DNA of 64,000 nt from Candidatus Aenigmatarchaeota archaeon (GTDB lineage Archaea > Aenigmatarchaeota > Aenigmatarchaeia > CG10238-14 > SpSt-28). The stretch spans positions 42,538-106,537 of the forward strand of contig JAWBMD010000001.1 of assembly GCA_039000985.1 (NCBI GenBank), given 5' to 3'. Of the stretch, positions 1 through 10,461 are shown piece after piece. The translations under genes and the position numbers were made by a program. Every line of letters starts with the position of its first letter. Within the stretch, counting starts at the first letter, position 1. The notes beneath the pieces are model-generated. The model was not told the origin of the DNA. It searched no databases and worked only from the letters and a program-made list of their open reading frames with translations.

Positions 1-71
1 TATAGGATATTAAGATTTTTCGATAGCTTGAAAAAATCAAAAATAAAATTAACAATAGAAGAGCTTTCTTT

Positions 72-3023
72 TTAAACAAATTTGTAAAAAACTTTATTTC
101 CTTCTATTTCCATTTCATAGCATTCAGTTAAATTATCTTCAAATAAAATATTTCCAGCATTAGTTTCTTTTTTTATTTTTTCCATATTAGCTTTTATAAT
201 ATCTAACCAAAAAGATTTATTCTCAAAACAAATGTTTACTTTATCAATAACTTTTAATCCAACTCTTTTTCTTCTTTCTTGAATATTTCTTATCAATTCT
301 CTAATAAATGCTTCTTTTTTACATTCTTCTTCAATTATTTTCGGTATAAATAATACAAATTTCTTTTGTTTTTCTTCAATATAGTTTTCATTTTCAAACT
401 TTCTTGTAATAACTATTTCTTTAATATTACCCATGTTTTTTATTATATTTTCATATTTTTTGAAAAATTGCTCAATTTTTTTGCTTTTTGTTAGAACTAT
501 TAATTCTTTTACCGGCCATCTAAGTTTTATTTTTGCTCTTTCTCTTAATGAAAGTATTAGATTAATTATTTCTTTTACAGCTTCTATATTCTTTTCCAAA
601 TTTTTATTTATTAGTTTTTTATCAGCTTTCGGATAACTTTCTTCAAATATTGATTCTTTTTTATCTAAAGCAATTTCTTGATATATTTTTTCTGTTATGA
701 ACGGACAAATTGGTGCTAAAAGCTTAATTAAGTTAATTATAACATAATACATTGTAGAAAGTGCAGCATTTTTTGTTTTTTCTTCACTATAAATCCACGC
801 CCTATCTCTAATTTTTTTAATGTAAAATCTACTAAAATCGTTAACTGCAAAGTTTAAAAATTCCTTCCCAGCTTTGTGAAACTCAAAATTTTTCATGTAT
901 TTATTGAAGTTGTTTATTAATGTATTTATTTTTGATAAAATCCAATAATCTTCTATTTCTAAATTTTCCAATGAAAATTTCCAATTTTCTGTTTTGTAAG
1001 TTTTGAAAAATTCAATGCAATTTAAAAATATATTAAATTGTTTTTTTAACTCTTCGATTGTTTTAAAGCTAAAGTTTTGTTGTTCCCAAGGAGCATTTCC
1101 ATAGCAATAGTAAAGTCTTAATAAATCAGCTCCAACTTTTTCTAAAGCATCTTTTCCATCAATAACATTTCCTTTGCTTTTACTCATTTTTTCTCCAAAT
1201 TCATCTAAAACCCAGCCATTCATACAAACGGTTTTAAAAGGTCTTTTATTTATAAAGGCAATAGAAACAAACATCAATGTATAAAACCAACCTCTTATTT
1301 GATCTTGGCTTTCATCTATTAGGTCAGCAATTTTTGTTTTTTTAGTTAAGAATGGATATCCAAGTGAAGCGAATGTTGCTGCTCCACTATCATACCAAAC
1401 ATCAAATATATCTGGAATTCTTTTTGCATTATTTCCACATTTATCGCATTTCAAAATAATTTTATCAACAAAATGTTTATGTAAATCTAAATTACTTTCA
1501 TCAATTTTTTCTATTGATTTTTCCATTAATTCTTTTATACTTCCAGCAACAATTTTTTCTCCACATTTTTCGCATATCCAAATTGGTATTGGTATTCCCC
1601 AAAATCTTTGTCTAGATATGCACCAATCTATAGCATTTCTTACCCAGTTTTTAAAACTTTCTTTTGCAAATCTTGGTAACCATCTAACTTTATCGCTTTC
1701 TAAAAGCATTTTTTCTTTTATTTCATCTACAGAAATAAACCATTGTTTTGTTAATCTGAATATTAAAGGAGATTTACATCTCCAACACAAAGGATAGGAA
1801 TGAACTACATAATCAGAATAAAGTAGCAAATTATTACTTTTAAGTTTTTCTATTATTAGTTTGTCAGCATCCTTAACAAAAATATCTTTAAATTCTCCAG
1901 CATCTTCATCAAATTTACCATCGTTTTTTACTGGGGAAATAGCTGGTAGATTATAATGTTGAGCAATATAATAATCTTCTTGTCCATGACCAGGAGCTAC
2001 ATGTACACAACCAGAACCTTCTTCAACATTTACAAAATCAAAAAATTCACTTTTCATTTCGGCATATTTCTCTAGAATACCATGTTTATATGATTTTGAT
2101 TTTAATACTGGGATAGACATTATGATTTTTCTAAAGTTTATTTTTTGTTGAGCAGGACAATTAATTACAGGGAGGTATTCTAAACCATCTAAGTTTTTAC
2201 CTTCAAAAATATCAACGATTTTATATTGCTCTGTTTTCAGCAATTCTTTAAATACATATTCTACTCTTTTTTCAGCTAATATAATTTTTTCATCATTATA
2301 CTCAACTTTAACATATTTTTCATTTGGATGAACAGCTATTGCGACATTACTTATTAATGTCCAGGGGGTTGTTGTAAATACTAAAATAAATTCTTTTTCT
2401 TTGTTTTTTATAGGAAATTTAACAAATATATATGGATCTGAAACATCAGCATAACTATCTGTAACTTCATAACCAGATAAAGCTGTTTCGCATCTTGGGC
2501 ACCAAAAATAAGCTCTTTCGCCAAAATATACTAAACCTTTTTCGAAAATTTTTTTGAAAATAAACCAGCATGATTGAATATAATTATTATCTAAAGTCAA
2601 ATAAGGTTTAAAATATCCACGCCAAGCACCAAGTTGTTTATATAGTTCCAACCATATATTTTCATTTCCTCTAGCTTTTTGCTTGCACAATTCTATAAAT
2701 TTTTCTATACCAAGCTCCTCTATATCTTTTTTGCTTTTTAATCCAAGCTCCCTTTCAACTATGTTTTCTATGGGTAAGCCATGGCAATCAAATCCAGGTT
2801 GAAATATTACATTGAATCCTTTCATTAAATAAAACTTACTCCATATATCCTTCAAAGTTGTTGTTTTCACATTTCCAACATGAGGACTAGCATTAACATA
2901 TGGTGGTCCATCCAATAAGAAAAATGTTTTTTTACCTTTTTTAAATTTTGTAAGTTTTTCTATAATTCTATTTTTTTCCCAATATTCTTTTACCTCTGCT
3001 TCTACTTTTTTTAGGTCTAACAT
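72..3023 (-). CDS. ileS: Isoleucine--tRNA ligase (archaeal/eukaryotic type)
   Basis: DGPPY, HIGH variant HVGN, GFDCHGLP, CP1 editing motifs TTTPWT and GSGCVHVAPGHGQED, WCISRQRFWG, KMSKS. Confidence 0.96.
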   Translation of the reverse strand: MLDLKKVEAEVKEYWEKNRIIEKLTKFKKGKKTFFLLDGPPYVNASPHVGNVKTTTLKDIWSKFYLMKGFNVIFQPGFDCHGLPIENIVERELGLKSKKDIEELGIEKFIELCKQKARGNENIWLELYKQLGAWRGYFKPYLTLDNNYIQSCWFIFKKIFEKGLVYFGERAYFWCPRCETALSGYEVTDSYADVSDPYIFVKFPIKNKEKEFILVFTTTPWTLISNVAIAVHPNEKYVKVEYNDEKIILAEKRVEYVFKELLKTEQYKIVDIFEGKNLDGLEYLPVINCPAQQKINFRKIIMSIPVLKSKSYKHGILEKYAEMKSEFFDFVNVEEGSGCVHVAPGHGQEDYYIAQHYNLPAISPVKNDGKFDEDAGEFKDIFVKDADKLIIEKLKSNNLLLYSDYVVHSYPLCWRCKSPLIFRLTKQWFISVDEIKEKMLLESDKVRWLPRFAKESFKNWVRNAIDWCISRQRFWGIPIPIWICEKCGEKIVAGSIKELMEKSIEKIDESNLDLHKHFVDKIILKCDKCGNNAKRIPDIFDVWYDSGAATFASLGYPFLTKKTKIADLIDESQDQIRGWFYTLMFVSIAFINKRPFKTVCMNGWVLDEFGEKMSKSKGNVIDGKDALEKVGADLLRLYYCYGNAPWEQQNFSFKTIEELKKQFNIFLNCIEFFKTYKTENWKFSLENLEIEDYWILSKINTLINNFNKYMKNFEFHKAGKEFLNFAVNDFSRFYIKKIRDRAWIYSEEKTKNAALSTMYYVIINLIKLLAPICPFITEKIYQEIALDKKESIFEESYPKADKKLINKNLEKNIEAVKEIINLILSLRERAKIKLRWPVKELIVLTKSKKIEQFFKKYENIIKNMGNIKEIVITRKFENENYIEEKQKKFVLFIPKIIEEECKKEAFIRELIRNIQERRKRVGLKVIDKVNICFENKSFWLDIIKANMEKIKKETNAGNILFEDNLTECYEMEIEGNKVFYKFV

Positions 3024-3561
3024 TTTTTCTAGTTGAATAAATACTACTTACTATAAATTTTCTTATATTTATTTCAGATTCTAAAAGCAATGTATAAATT
3101 GCTCCGTAAAATGATAAAAAAGCAATTATGGTTATAAAAATAATAATTATTCCACTCAATGCAGGACTTATGGATTCTAAAAAATCTTTAAACAGCCAAA
3201 AAAGAAAAACTGAAAATATAATAAAAATTATTACTTTTATAGAGCGTCTCAATCTATTTATCGAGGAAGTTTTCTTTATATTTAAAAAATATGAAGAAAT
3301 ACCAGAAACAGCATCACTTATTTCATTCATTTCCCTTATTGTTAAAACTAAAATTGATGCAGAAATAACTGTAGCTATAAAGCTTATTATGTTAGATACT
3401 TGTATGTTTGCTAATGGTGGCAATTCTCTAGAAAGTGGAATAAAAACAAATTTTGAGAATAAAAGAACTATACTAAAAAATATGCATAACAATATGAATT
3501 TTGGTAACGATCTTCTTAGCTTGATTATAGAGATGAAATAAAGCCTTTCTAAGTTTTTCAT
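2968..3561 (-). CDS. Hypothetical membrane protein (about 4 TM segments)
   Basis: Four hydrophobic stretches; the basic C-terminal tail is an out-of-frame overlap with the ileS start. Confidence 0.7.
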   Translation of the reverse strand: MKNLERLYFISIIKLRRSLPKFILLCIFFSIVLLFSKFVFIPLSRELPPLANIQVSNIISFIATVISASILVLTIREMNEISDAVSGISSYFLNIKKTSSINRLRRSIKVIIFIIFSVFLFWLFKDFLESISPALSGIIIIFITIIAFLSFYGAIYTLLLESEINIRKFIVSSIYSTRKNVRPKKSRSRGKRILGKK

Positions 3562-3588
3562 AAAATTAATAAAAACTAAATAAAATTA

Positions 3589-4257
3589 ATGCCTATATTT
3601 GGTAAAAAAGAAGTAAAGAAGGGGAAGGGTATTATACCAACGGATAGAGTTAAGGACCTATCCTCTAAAGGATTTTCTGAGCCAGAAATAATAGATATTT
3701 TAAGAAGGGAGGGATATAGCCCAGAAGAAATAGATAAAGCTTTGGGAGAGGCAATAAAGTCAGCTATAGAAAAAGAAGAAAAGAGAGAAGAAGTAAAGGA
3801 ACCATTGTCTCAACTCACTCCATTACCAACTTCTCCAGTTCCTCCAGCACCAGCTCCGTTAAAGGAACTCGAGTCTCTTTTTGGAGCAAAGGGAGAGGTT
3901 ACTGCATTAGAGGTTCCTGAAACGTCTCTTCCTTCTCCAGCAAGAGCTTTAACAGAAGAATATATTGAATATATTATTGATCAAAAGCTAATAGAGGTTT
4001 ATCAAAGGTTTGAAGATATTTATTATAGAATTGAGGAAATAGAAAAAGCAATGAAAGAAATGAATGAAAGTATATCAGAAATAGCTAGAAAGAAAGTATT
4101 AGAAAGTGAAGAATTAACTAGAAGATTTGAAAACTTTTCAGAAAGTATGCAAACTATAACTGGAAGAGTAGGTAGCTTAGAAAAAGCATTTAAAGAAACT
4201 TTACCATCATTAGTTGAAGCTATAAGAAATTTGAACGAATCACTGAGAAAGAAATAA
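3589..4257 (+). CDS. Hypothetical protein: small N-terminal helical domain, Pro-rich linker, C-terminal coiled coil
   Basis: 222-aa ORF with typical codon bias; PLPTSPVPPAPAP linker; heptad-like E/K/L-rich C-terminus. Confidence 0.75.
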   Translation: MPIFGKKEVKKGKGIIPTDRVKDLSSKGFSEPEIIDILRREGYSPEEIDKALGEAIKSAIEKEEKREEVKEPLSQLTPLPTSPVPPAPAPLKELESLFGAKGEVTALEVPETSLPSPARALTEEYIEYIIDQKLIEVYQRFEDIYYRIEEIEKAMKEMNESISEIARKKVLESEELTRRFENFSESMQTITGRVGSLEKAFKETLPSLVEAIRNLNESLRKK

Positions 4258-5484
4258 ATGGGAATAGATCCCAGATTAATATCTAGAACAAACATTGGTG
4301 TTTTTGGTCATGTTGCTCATGGAAAAAGTACTTTGGTTAATGCTATTACTGGTATTTCTACTTTAAGGTATTCTGAAGAAATGGAAAGGGGAATAACAAT
4401 AAAGCTTGGTTATGCAGATGCTAGAATTTATAAGTGTAAAAGTTGTGAAAAATATTCAACAAGCGAAAAATGTCCATATTGTTTTTCTGAAACAGAATTG
4501 ATAAGAACTGTTAGTTTTGTAGATTCACCAGGTCATGAAAGCTTGATGTCGGTAGCTATAACTGGAGCATCTATAATAAATGGTGCTATTTTAGTAATAG
4601 CTGCTAATGAAAAATGTCCTAGACCGCAAACAAGAGAACATTTAATAGCTTTGCAAGCAGCCAATATAGAAAAAGTAATTGTTGTTCAAAACAAAATAGA
4701 TTGTGTTACTAAAGAAAGAGCATTAGAAAATTATAAAGAAATAAAAGATTTTCTTAAAGGAACAATTTATGAAAATTCTCCAATAATACCAATTTCTGCA
4801 CAAGAAAAAATAAACATAGATAAAGTTTTGGAGCTTATAGTTAAAGAAATTCAAGAGTGTGAAGATAGTAAAACCAATGATTTCAAAATGTATGTTGTAA
4901 GAAGTTTTGATATAAATAAGCCAGGTTCAATAGCGGAAAATATAAAAGGTGGAGTTTTAGGTGGTTGTATAAATAGAGGTATAATAAAAAAATTTGATGA
5001 AATAAAGATTTTGCCAGGTATAAAAATTGAAGGGAAATATAAAGCTTTAAAAACTAGGGTTGAAAACATAAAAAAATCTAATATTAGTTTAGATGAAGCT
5101 GGTGCCGGTGGTTTAGTAGGAATATTAACAACTTTAGATCCATCTTTAACTAAATCTGATAATTTGGCTGGGAGTATTGTTATACCTTCTAATAAAAATG
5201 TTGAAATGAAGGAAGAAGCTATTATTAAATATAAATTATTTGAAAGAGTAATGGGAATTGTTGATGAAAGAATTGTTGAACCAATTAAAAATGGAGAAAA
5301 TTTACTTTTAAATATTGGGGTTATAAAAAACATTGGAAAAGTTATTAATTGTGATAAAGAAATTTTAAAAGTTAAGCTTTCTATACCAACATTTTATGAA
5401 GAGGATGATAAAGTTACAATTTTAAGATTAATAGAAGGAAAATGGAGGCTTATTGGTTATGGTTCTTTAGTAGAAGCTAAATAG
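4258..5484 (+). CDS. eif2g: Translation initiation factor 2 subunit gamma
   Basis: GHVAHGKST, RGITIKLGY, Zn knuckle CxxC...CPYC, DSPGHE, NKID, RSFDINKPG, WRLIGYG. Confidence 0.96.
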   Translation: MGIDPRLISRTNIGVFGHVAHGKSTLVNAITGISTLRYSEEMERGITIKLGYADARIYKCKSCEKYSTSEKCPYCFSETELIRTVSFVDSPGHESLMSVAITGASIINGAILVIAANEKCPRPQTREHLIALQAANIEKVIVVQNKIDCVTKERALENYKEIKDFLKGTIYENSPIIPISAQEKINIDKVLELIVKEIQECEDSKTNDFKMYVVRSFDINKPGSIAENIKGGVLGGCINRGIIKKFDEIKILPGIKIEGKYKALKTRVENIKKSNISLDEAGAGGLVGILTTLDPSLTKSDNLAGSIVIPSNKNVEMKEEAIIKYKLFERVMGIVDERIVEPIKNGENLLLNIGVIKNIGKVINCDKEILKVKLSIPTFYEEDDKVTILRLIEGKWRLIGYGSLVEAK

Positions 5485-5519
5485 CTTGATTTTTATTTAA
5501 CTAAATTTAAATAAATTTT

Positions 5520-5870
5520 ATGAAAGGAGTTAGTGAAGTAGTAGCTATGGTTATGATGTTAGTAATAACTTTAGCATTAGCAGGAACTGCCTATGTTTTT
5601 ATAAGTCGTACATTTACAGTACAAACACAAGGTATACAATTAGACGAGGCGTCTTGTTTTGATGGTAGTGTTACTCTGATATACCGAAATATTGGAGATC
5701 AAACATTAACAGTCAATGTCTTCAAGGGCAACACACCGATTGATACAAGGTTGGTATTTCCAGGTAGAACAAACATAACAACAGACAGTTGTGGTACAGG
5801 AAATATATGTAGATATAGGATAGTACCGAGTGTAGGTAAAACAGTTACAACAACGGTTCAATGCATATAG
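5520..5870 (+). CDS. Archaeal type IV pilin
   Basis: Class III signal peptide MKG/VSEVVAMVMMLVITLALAG followed by a small Cys-containing globular domain. Confidence 0.85.
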   Translation: MKGVSEVVAMVMMLVITLALAGTAYVFISRTFTVQTQGIQLDEASCFDGSVTLIYRNIGDQTLTVNVFKGNTPIDTRLVFPGRTNITTDSCGTGNICRYRIVPSVGKTVTTTVQCI

Positions 5871-6208
5871 AGCTTTTGCTTTTATTAGTAATATTAACTT
5901 CTTTACTTTTTCTATTTCTTTATAATATAAGTAGTTCTGGATTAGAAACTGTAAAAATTAATGATATAAACGGAAGTTTTTTAGGGAAAAAGATTGTTGC
6001 AGAAGGTAAAGTAAAAAATATAAGAAATTATAAAGGTCACTATTTTTTAGAGTTTTACAATAGCAATATAACTGTTGTTTTTTTCAAAAATAATGTTAAT
6101 GAGAAAGTAGTTAGTTTAACAGCTAATAAAGAAGTTAAAGTAATTGGTATTGTTAGCATGTATAAAAATAATTTAGAAATAATAGGTGAAGATATAATTT
6201 ATGTTTAA
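5861..6208 (+). CDS. Membrane-anchored OB-fold protein
   Basis: N-terminal TM helix; GKKIVAEGKV...VKVIGIVSMYKNNLEI OB-fold pattern. Confidence 0.7.
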   Translation: MHIELLLLLVILTSLLFLFLYNISSSGLETVKINDINGSFLGKKIVAEGKVKNIRNYKGHYFLEFYNSNITVVFFKNNVNEKVVSLTANKEVKVIGIVSMYKNNLEIIGEDIIYV

Positions 6209-7415
6209 TTTTTTTCTTTCACTAGTTTTTGGAATAATAGTTGGTTGTGTTGCTGGTTTGCTTCCCGGCTTGCATACAAACAATTTATTACCAATAGTTT
6301 TTTCACTTTCTTTACTTGGTGGAGAAAATGGTGTAATATTTATTTCTTCAATGGTTGCTTCTCAATTAATTTTTAACTTTTTAATTGCTACTTTTTTTGG
6401 TGCTGCAGACGATGAAGCAAATTCTTTAGCTTCTTTACCTTCACATAGATTATTGATAAAGGGAGAGGGAATGAAATCTGTTGTTAGCTTGATTTATGGT
6501 TCTTTATTAGGTTTTTTGTTTTCAATAGTTTTGCTTGTAATTTTTTTCAATTATATTAAGCCAATTTATACTTATTCAAGAAGCATAATAGTTTTTGTAA
6601 TAATATTTGTTGTTAGCTATTTAATTTTACTAGAAAGAGAAATTGGTAAAATATTTAAATCATTTTTAATTTTCATTATCTCTGGAATTTTTGGAATTTT
6701 GGTATTAAATGGATTGAACATTCCAGAGGAAAGCAAACTATTACCATGTTTTACAGGTTTATTTGGTATAAGTTCTTTATTAACAAGTATTTATACAAAA
6801 ACAAAGCTACAAAAGCAAAAAACTGATTTTAATTTAGGTTTAAATAAGATAAACATATTAAAAGCATCTTTTGCTGGTAGTATAGCTGGGTTTTTAGTAG
6901 GTTTATTACCAGGAATTGGGGTAGCACAAGGAATTATTTTAGTATCAAGCTTTTTTAAAATTTCTAATCCTGTAGGGTTTTTATTAGTACAGGGTTCTGT
7001 TGCTTCTAGCGATAATATATTTTCAACAGCTGCAGTTTACTTAATAGGTAATCCTAGAAGTGGAGCAAGTGTTTATTTAGAAAGAATTGTTGATAAGTTA
7101 GAAATAAAGCATCTTTTTTTAGTTTTATTTTCTTTTGGTATTTCATTAGCTTTATCTTCATTTTTCGTTTTTAAACTATCACCTTTAGTTTTTAAGTTAA
7201 TAGAAAAAATTGATTATAAAACAGTTAATATTTCAGTAATATCTTTTTTAGTTTTCATAGTTTTTATTTTTTCTGGTTTTATTGGTTTATATTTACTTTT
7301 CATTGCTACATTAATTGGTTTTTTAAATATTAAGTTTAATGTAAATAGAAGCTTTTCAATGGGATTTTTAATTTTACCAACTATTTTATTTTTCTTTAAC
7401 TACTTTTACATATAA
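6201..7415 (+). CDS. TctA/DUF112 family polytopic membrane protein
   Basis: Duplicated GLLPGLH / GLLPGIG motifs, LPSHRLL, GNPRSG; many TM helices. Confidence 0.85.
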   Translation: MFNFFLSLVFGIIVGCVAGLLPGLHTNNLLPIVFSLSLLGGENGVIFISSMVASQLIFNFLIATFFGAADDEANSLASLPSHRLLIKGEGMKSVVSLIYGSLLGFLFSIVLLVIFFNYIKPIYTYSRSIIVFVIIFVVSYLILLEREIGKIFKSFLIFIISGIFGILVLNGLNIPEESKLLPCFTGLFGISSLLTSIYTKTKLQKQKTDFNLGLNKINILKASFAGSIAGFLVGLLPGIGVAQGIILVSSFFKISNPVGFLLVQGSVASSDNIFSTAAVYLIGNPRSGASVYLERIVDKLEIKHLFLVLFSFGISLALSSFFVFKLSPLVFKLIEKIDYKTVNISVISFLVFIVFIFSGFIGLYLLFIATLIGFLNIKFNVNRSFSMGFLILPTILFFFNYFYI

Positions 7416-7418
7416 ATT

Positions 7419-8822
7419 ATGGGAAGTCAGGAATTTTTTATAATTATCGGAGTTATAGTTGTTAGCTTATTATTTTTTTCAATAATTTATTTCAATATAG
7501 GAGAAAGAGCTAGAGAAAGTATAAAAAATCAAGTTAAAGCAGAAGCAAGTGAGTTAACTTCTTTAGTTTACAGAGTTTTTAACGATCCAGCAAAATATTT
7601 AAAATATTGTGTACCTGTAAATTTAGCGAATATAACAATAGAAAAAGGAATATTTAAATATGAGAGACAAGGATTTAGTTTTATCAATGCATTACCACCA
7701 AATATTTCCGATGCAACTCTTTCAGATATTACTGATTTTTGTATTGTTAAAACCGATAGCATGATAAAAATTTTAGGTACTGCTCCTACTTGTGAAATAG
7801 ATAGAATTTGTTCAATTGATGAATGTAAAGAAAACTGTATTGATTGTTATGGTCCAGCAAATATTTGTATTGGAGATAAGTATTGTAATAAAGAGATTGG
7901 TGAAAATTGTGGAAAATCACCAAATGATTGTAGTTGTAATAATTTCGGTTCTGATTACACATGTTGTCCAGAGGATCCCTCTTCAAACGAATATGGTTGT
8001 ATTGATAAAACCAGACAAAATAAGAAAAGAGGTGAGGAATGTTTTTGTAGCAATCAATGTGAAGCAGGTTTAGAATGCAATCCCGTCGCACCTTCTTTTA
8101 CAAAATACAAAAAAGCTTGTTGTGATCCAGGAAAGGGTTGGAATGGAACTGATTGCACATCTATTGAGAAAAAATTGAAAGTACTATTTGTGCCTGTAAA
8201 TTGGGATAGTGATTTCTCATCATTTGATAGCGTTGCAAAAAATCATTTCGATTTTTTAATAAAAAATATTCCGTTATCAGCTTGTCCAGAAAAGGCAGAA
8301 GCAAAATTTTTACATAATAACTGCAAATTTACTATGACGTGTGATTGTTCCGATCTTTTGAAAATCCAACAATGTGCAAGAGCTTCGGGAGAAACTTATG
8401 ATTATATAATGGGTTTAGAAGATAGTAATGTATGCGATAGTGTGGCTGGATTTTCTTGTGGATTTGGTGTTGTTTTTGGAGAATCTCCTTATGTTTTAGT
8501 AACTACACACGAATTAGGTCATGAATGGGGGTTAAATGATGAATATATAGATGCATGTAGATGTGGATTCGGTCTTGTTAATCCAAATGCTAATTGTCTG
8601 AGGTCTCGGCTTCATGGAGATGATGCTGTTCCACCCTATACTCGAGATTATTGTAGTGAAAAGGGAACAAAATGTCCATCAGGATATTCTATAACATGTA
8701 TGGGAAATCAAAACAAATTGGGTGGAAGAGATATTATGAGTTTTGCTAATGCGCCAGGTCCTCGTGCTTTTGCAGAAGAAAGCTGGAATTATTTATTAAC
8801 GGTTCCAATTATAAATTGTTAA
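7419..8822 (+). CDS. Membrane-anchored Cys-rich zinc metallopeptidase (zincin, M64/M6-like)
   Basis: N-terminal TM; Cys-rich repeats; HELGHEWGLNDEY zinc motif; downstream DIMS Met-turn-like segment. Confidence 0.75.
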   Translation: MGSQEFFIIIGVIVVSLLFFSIIYFNIGERARESIKNQVKAEASELTSLVYRVFNDPAKYLKYCVPVNLANITIEKGIFKYERQGFSFINALPPNISDATLSDITDFCIVKTDSMIKILGTAPTCEIDRICSIDECKENCIDCYGPANICIGDKYCNKEIGENCGKSPNDCSCNNFGSDYTCCPEDPSSNEYGCIDKTRQNKKRGEECFCSNQCEAGLECNPVAPSFTKYKKACCDPGKGWNGTDCTSIEKKLKVLFVPVNWDSDFSSFDSVAKNHFDFLIKNIPLSACPEKAEAKFLHNNCKFTMTCDCSDLLKIQQCARASGETYDYIMGLEDSNVCDSVAGFSCGFGVVFGESPYVLVTTHELGHEWGLNDEYIDACRCGFGLVNPNANCLRSRLHGDDAVPPYTRDYCSEKGTKCPSGYSITCMGNQNKLGGRDIMSFANAPGPRAFAEESWNYLLTVPIINC

Positions 8823-8823
8823 A

Positions 8824-9726
8824 ATGGTTAGCAAAAAAATTCTACACTCATTTTTGATTATTTTCTCATTTTTAATTATTGTACAATTAACTTATGCTGA
8901 AACAATTTTATCTTTACAGTTTAATGTATCTAAAGACGATACTGTAATTCTAGAAGAGATAAAGGTAATGGAGGGAAGATCTACACAATATTTTGTTCCA
9001 GGTGATTATAAAATTCAGCTATTAGATAGTGGTAAAGAGGTTATATTTGAAAAATCTATTAATATAGTATTTTTTATACTTTCGGAACCACCAATACCAG
9101 TAGATAGTATGATAGTTAGCTTAAGAGTAACTTATAATCCAGATATGAGATATGTTAGGTTACTTCATAATGAAAAAGAAATATTTTTCAGTGAAATAAT
9201 TGTATGTAACAATAATAAAGTATGTGAAGCTTCGGAGAGTTATTTAAGTTGTCCTTCTGATTGTCCTTTGAATTTACCAGATGGTATATGTATTAAGGAT
9301 AAAGATGGAATTTGTGATCCAGACTGTGCTCCAAATGTGGACCCAGATTGTATAGAGAAAGTTTCTATTTGCGGTAACAAGGTTTGTGAAAGTAATGAAA
9401 CATATCAAAATTGTTGTATAGATTGTGGTTGTCCAAAAGGACTAATCTGTAAAAACAATTTTTGTATAGAGGATAGATGTGGTAATAAAATTTGTGAAAG
9501 TTTTTCTCCATATAACGAAAATTATGTGAATTGTCCGAAGGATTGCCCTTCCGGAAGTAAAGATAATTATTGTGATGCCATAGCAGATGGAAAATGTGAC
9601 CCAGATTGTGAAAAAAATAAAGATATAGATTGTATTAAACCATCAACAACATGGATTTATTTTTTGATTATTGGTGTAATTGTTGTTTTGGTAATATTTA
9701 TATTTTTGTTAACAAAAAGGGAATAA
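8824..9726 (+). CDS. Secreted Cys-rich repeat protein with C-terminal membrane anchor
   Basis: Signal peptide; three CxNxxCE...E...CxxDC repeats and two DGxCDPDC...DxDC repeats; C-terminal TM plus KR. Confidence 0.8.
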   Translation: MVSKKILHSFLIIFSFLIIVQLTYAETILSLQFNVSKDDTVILEEIKVMEGRSTQYFVPGDYKIQLLDSGKEVIFEKSINIVFFILSEPPIPVDSMIVSLRVTYNPDMRYVRLLHNEKEIFFSEIIVCNNNKVCEASESYLSCPSDCPLNLPDGICIKDKDGICDPDCAPNVDPDCIEKVSICGNKVCESNETYQNCCIDCGCPKGLICKNNFCIEDRCGNKICESFSPYNENYVNCPKDCPSGSKDNYCDAIADGKCDPDCEKNKDIDCIKPSTTWIYFLIIGVIVVLVIFIFLLTKRE

Positions 9727-9762
9727 CCTAATTTATTTTTTAAATATCTTAAAAATACTTTA

Positions 9763-10461
9763 ATGAAGATAAAAAAGTTACATTCAGATAATGAAAAAAT
9801 GGTGTTTTTAGTAGATGGAATAGATTATTCTTTTGCAAATGGTTTAAGGAGGATTTTTATGAACATGGTACCAACTTTGGCTATAGAATATGTTGATTTT
9901 ATAGAGAATGACTCTGTTATTAACGATGAGGTGCTTGCTCATAGGTTAGGGTTAATTCCATTAACTTTTGAGAAAAATCTTTTGGTAATGAGAGAAGATT
10001 GTAGTTGTAAAGGTAAAGGATGTAGCAATTGCATGGTTGAGTTAAGAATAAAAAAGGAAGGTCCTTGTACTGTTTATTCGAGAGATTTAATATCTTCAGA
10101 ATCATCTGTAAAACCATTGTATGATAATATAATTATATGTAGATTAGCTTCTGGTATGAAGCTTGAGCTAATTGCATATGCTTTTTTGGGAATTGGAGAA
10201 GAAAGTCCAAAATGGCAAGCATCTTTAGCTACATATGTTAATGTTGTTAAAGAACAAAAAGGCAAAACAAAGAAATGCTGGACACAAGATTATGGTATTT
10301 ATTGTGTTGAATGTTTCGAAGATTTAAAAGATATTGAGGTAGAAAAGGATAAGTTTTTGTTTTATGTTGAAAGTGTTTCTGGTTTAACTACTGAAAGAGT
10401 TGTTGAAGAAGGTTTAGAGTTTGCCAAAAAATATTTAGGAAAAGTTAAAAAAGTTTTATGA
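9763..10461 (+). CDS. rpoD: DNA-directed RNA polymerase subunit Rpo3 (D)
   Basis: ANGLRR...VPTLAIE, ENDSVINDEVLAHRLGLIPL, CSCKGKGCSNC, KWQ, FYVESVSGL. Confidence 0.95.
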   Translation: MKIKKLHSDNEKMVFLVDGIDYSFANGLRRIFMNMVPTLAIEYVDFIENDSVINDEVLAHRLGLIPLTFEKNLLVMREDCSCKGKGCSNCMVELRIKKEGPCTVYSRDLISSESSVKPLYDNIIICRLASGMKLELIAYAFLGIGEESPKWQASLATYVNVVKEQKGKTKKCWTQDYGIYCVECFEDLKDIEVEKDKFLFYVESVSGLTTERVVEEGLEFAKKYLGKVKKVL

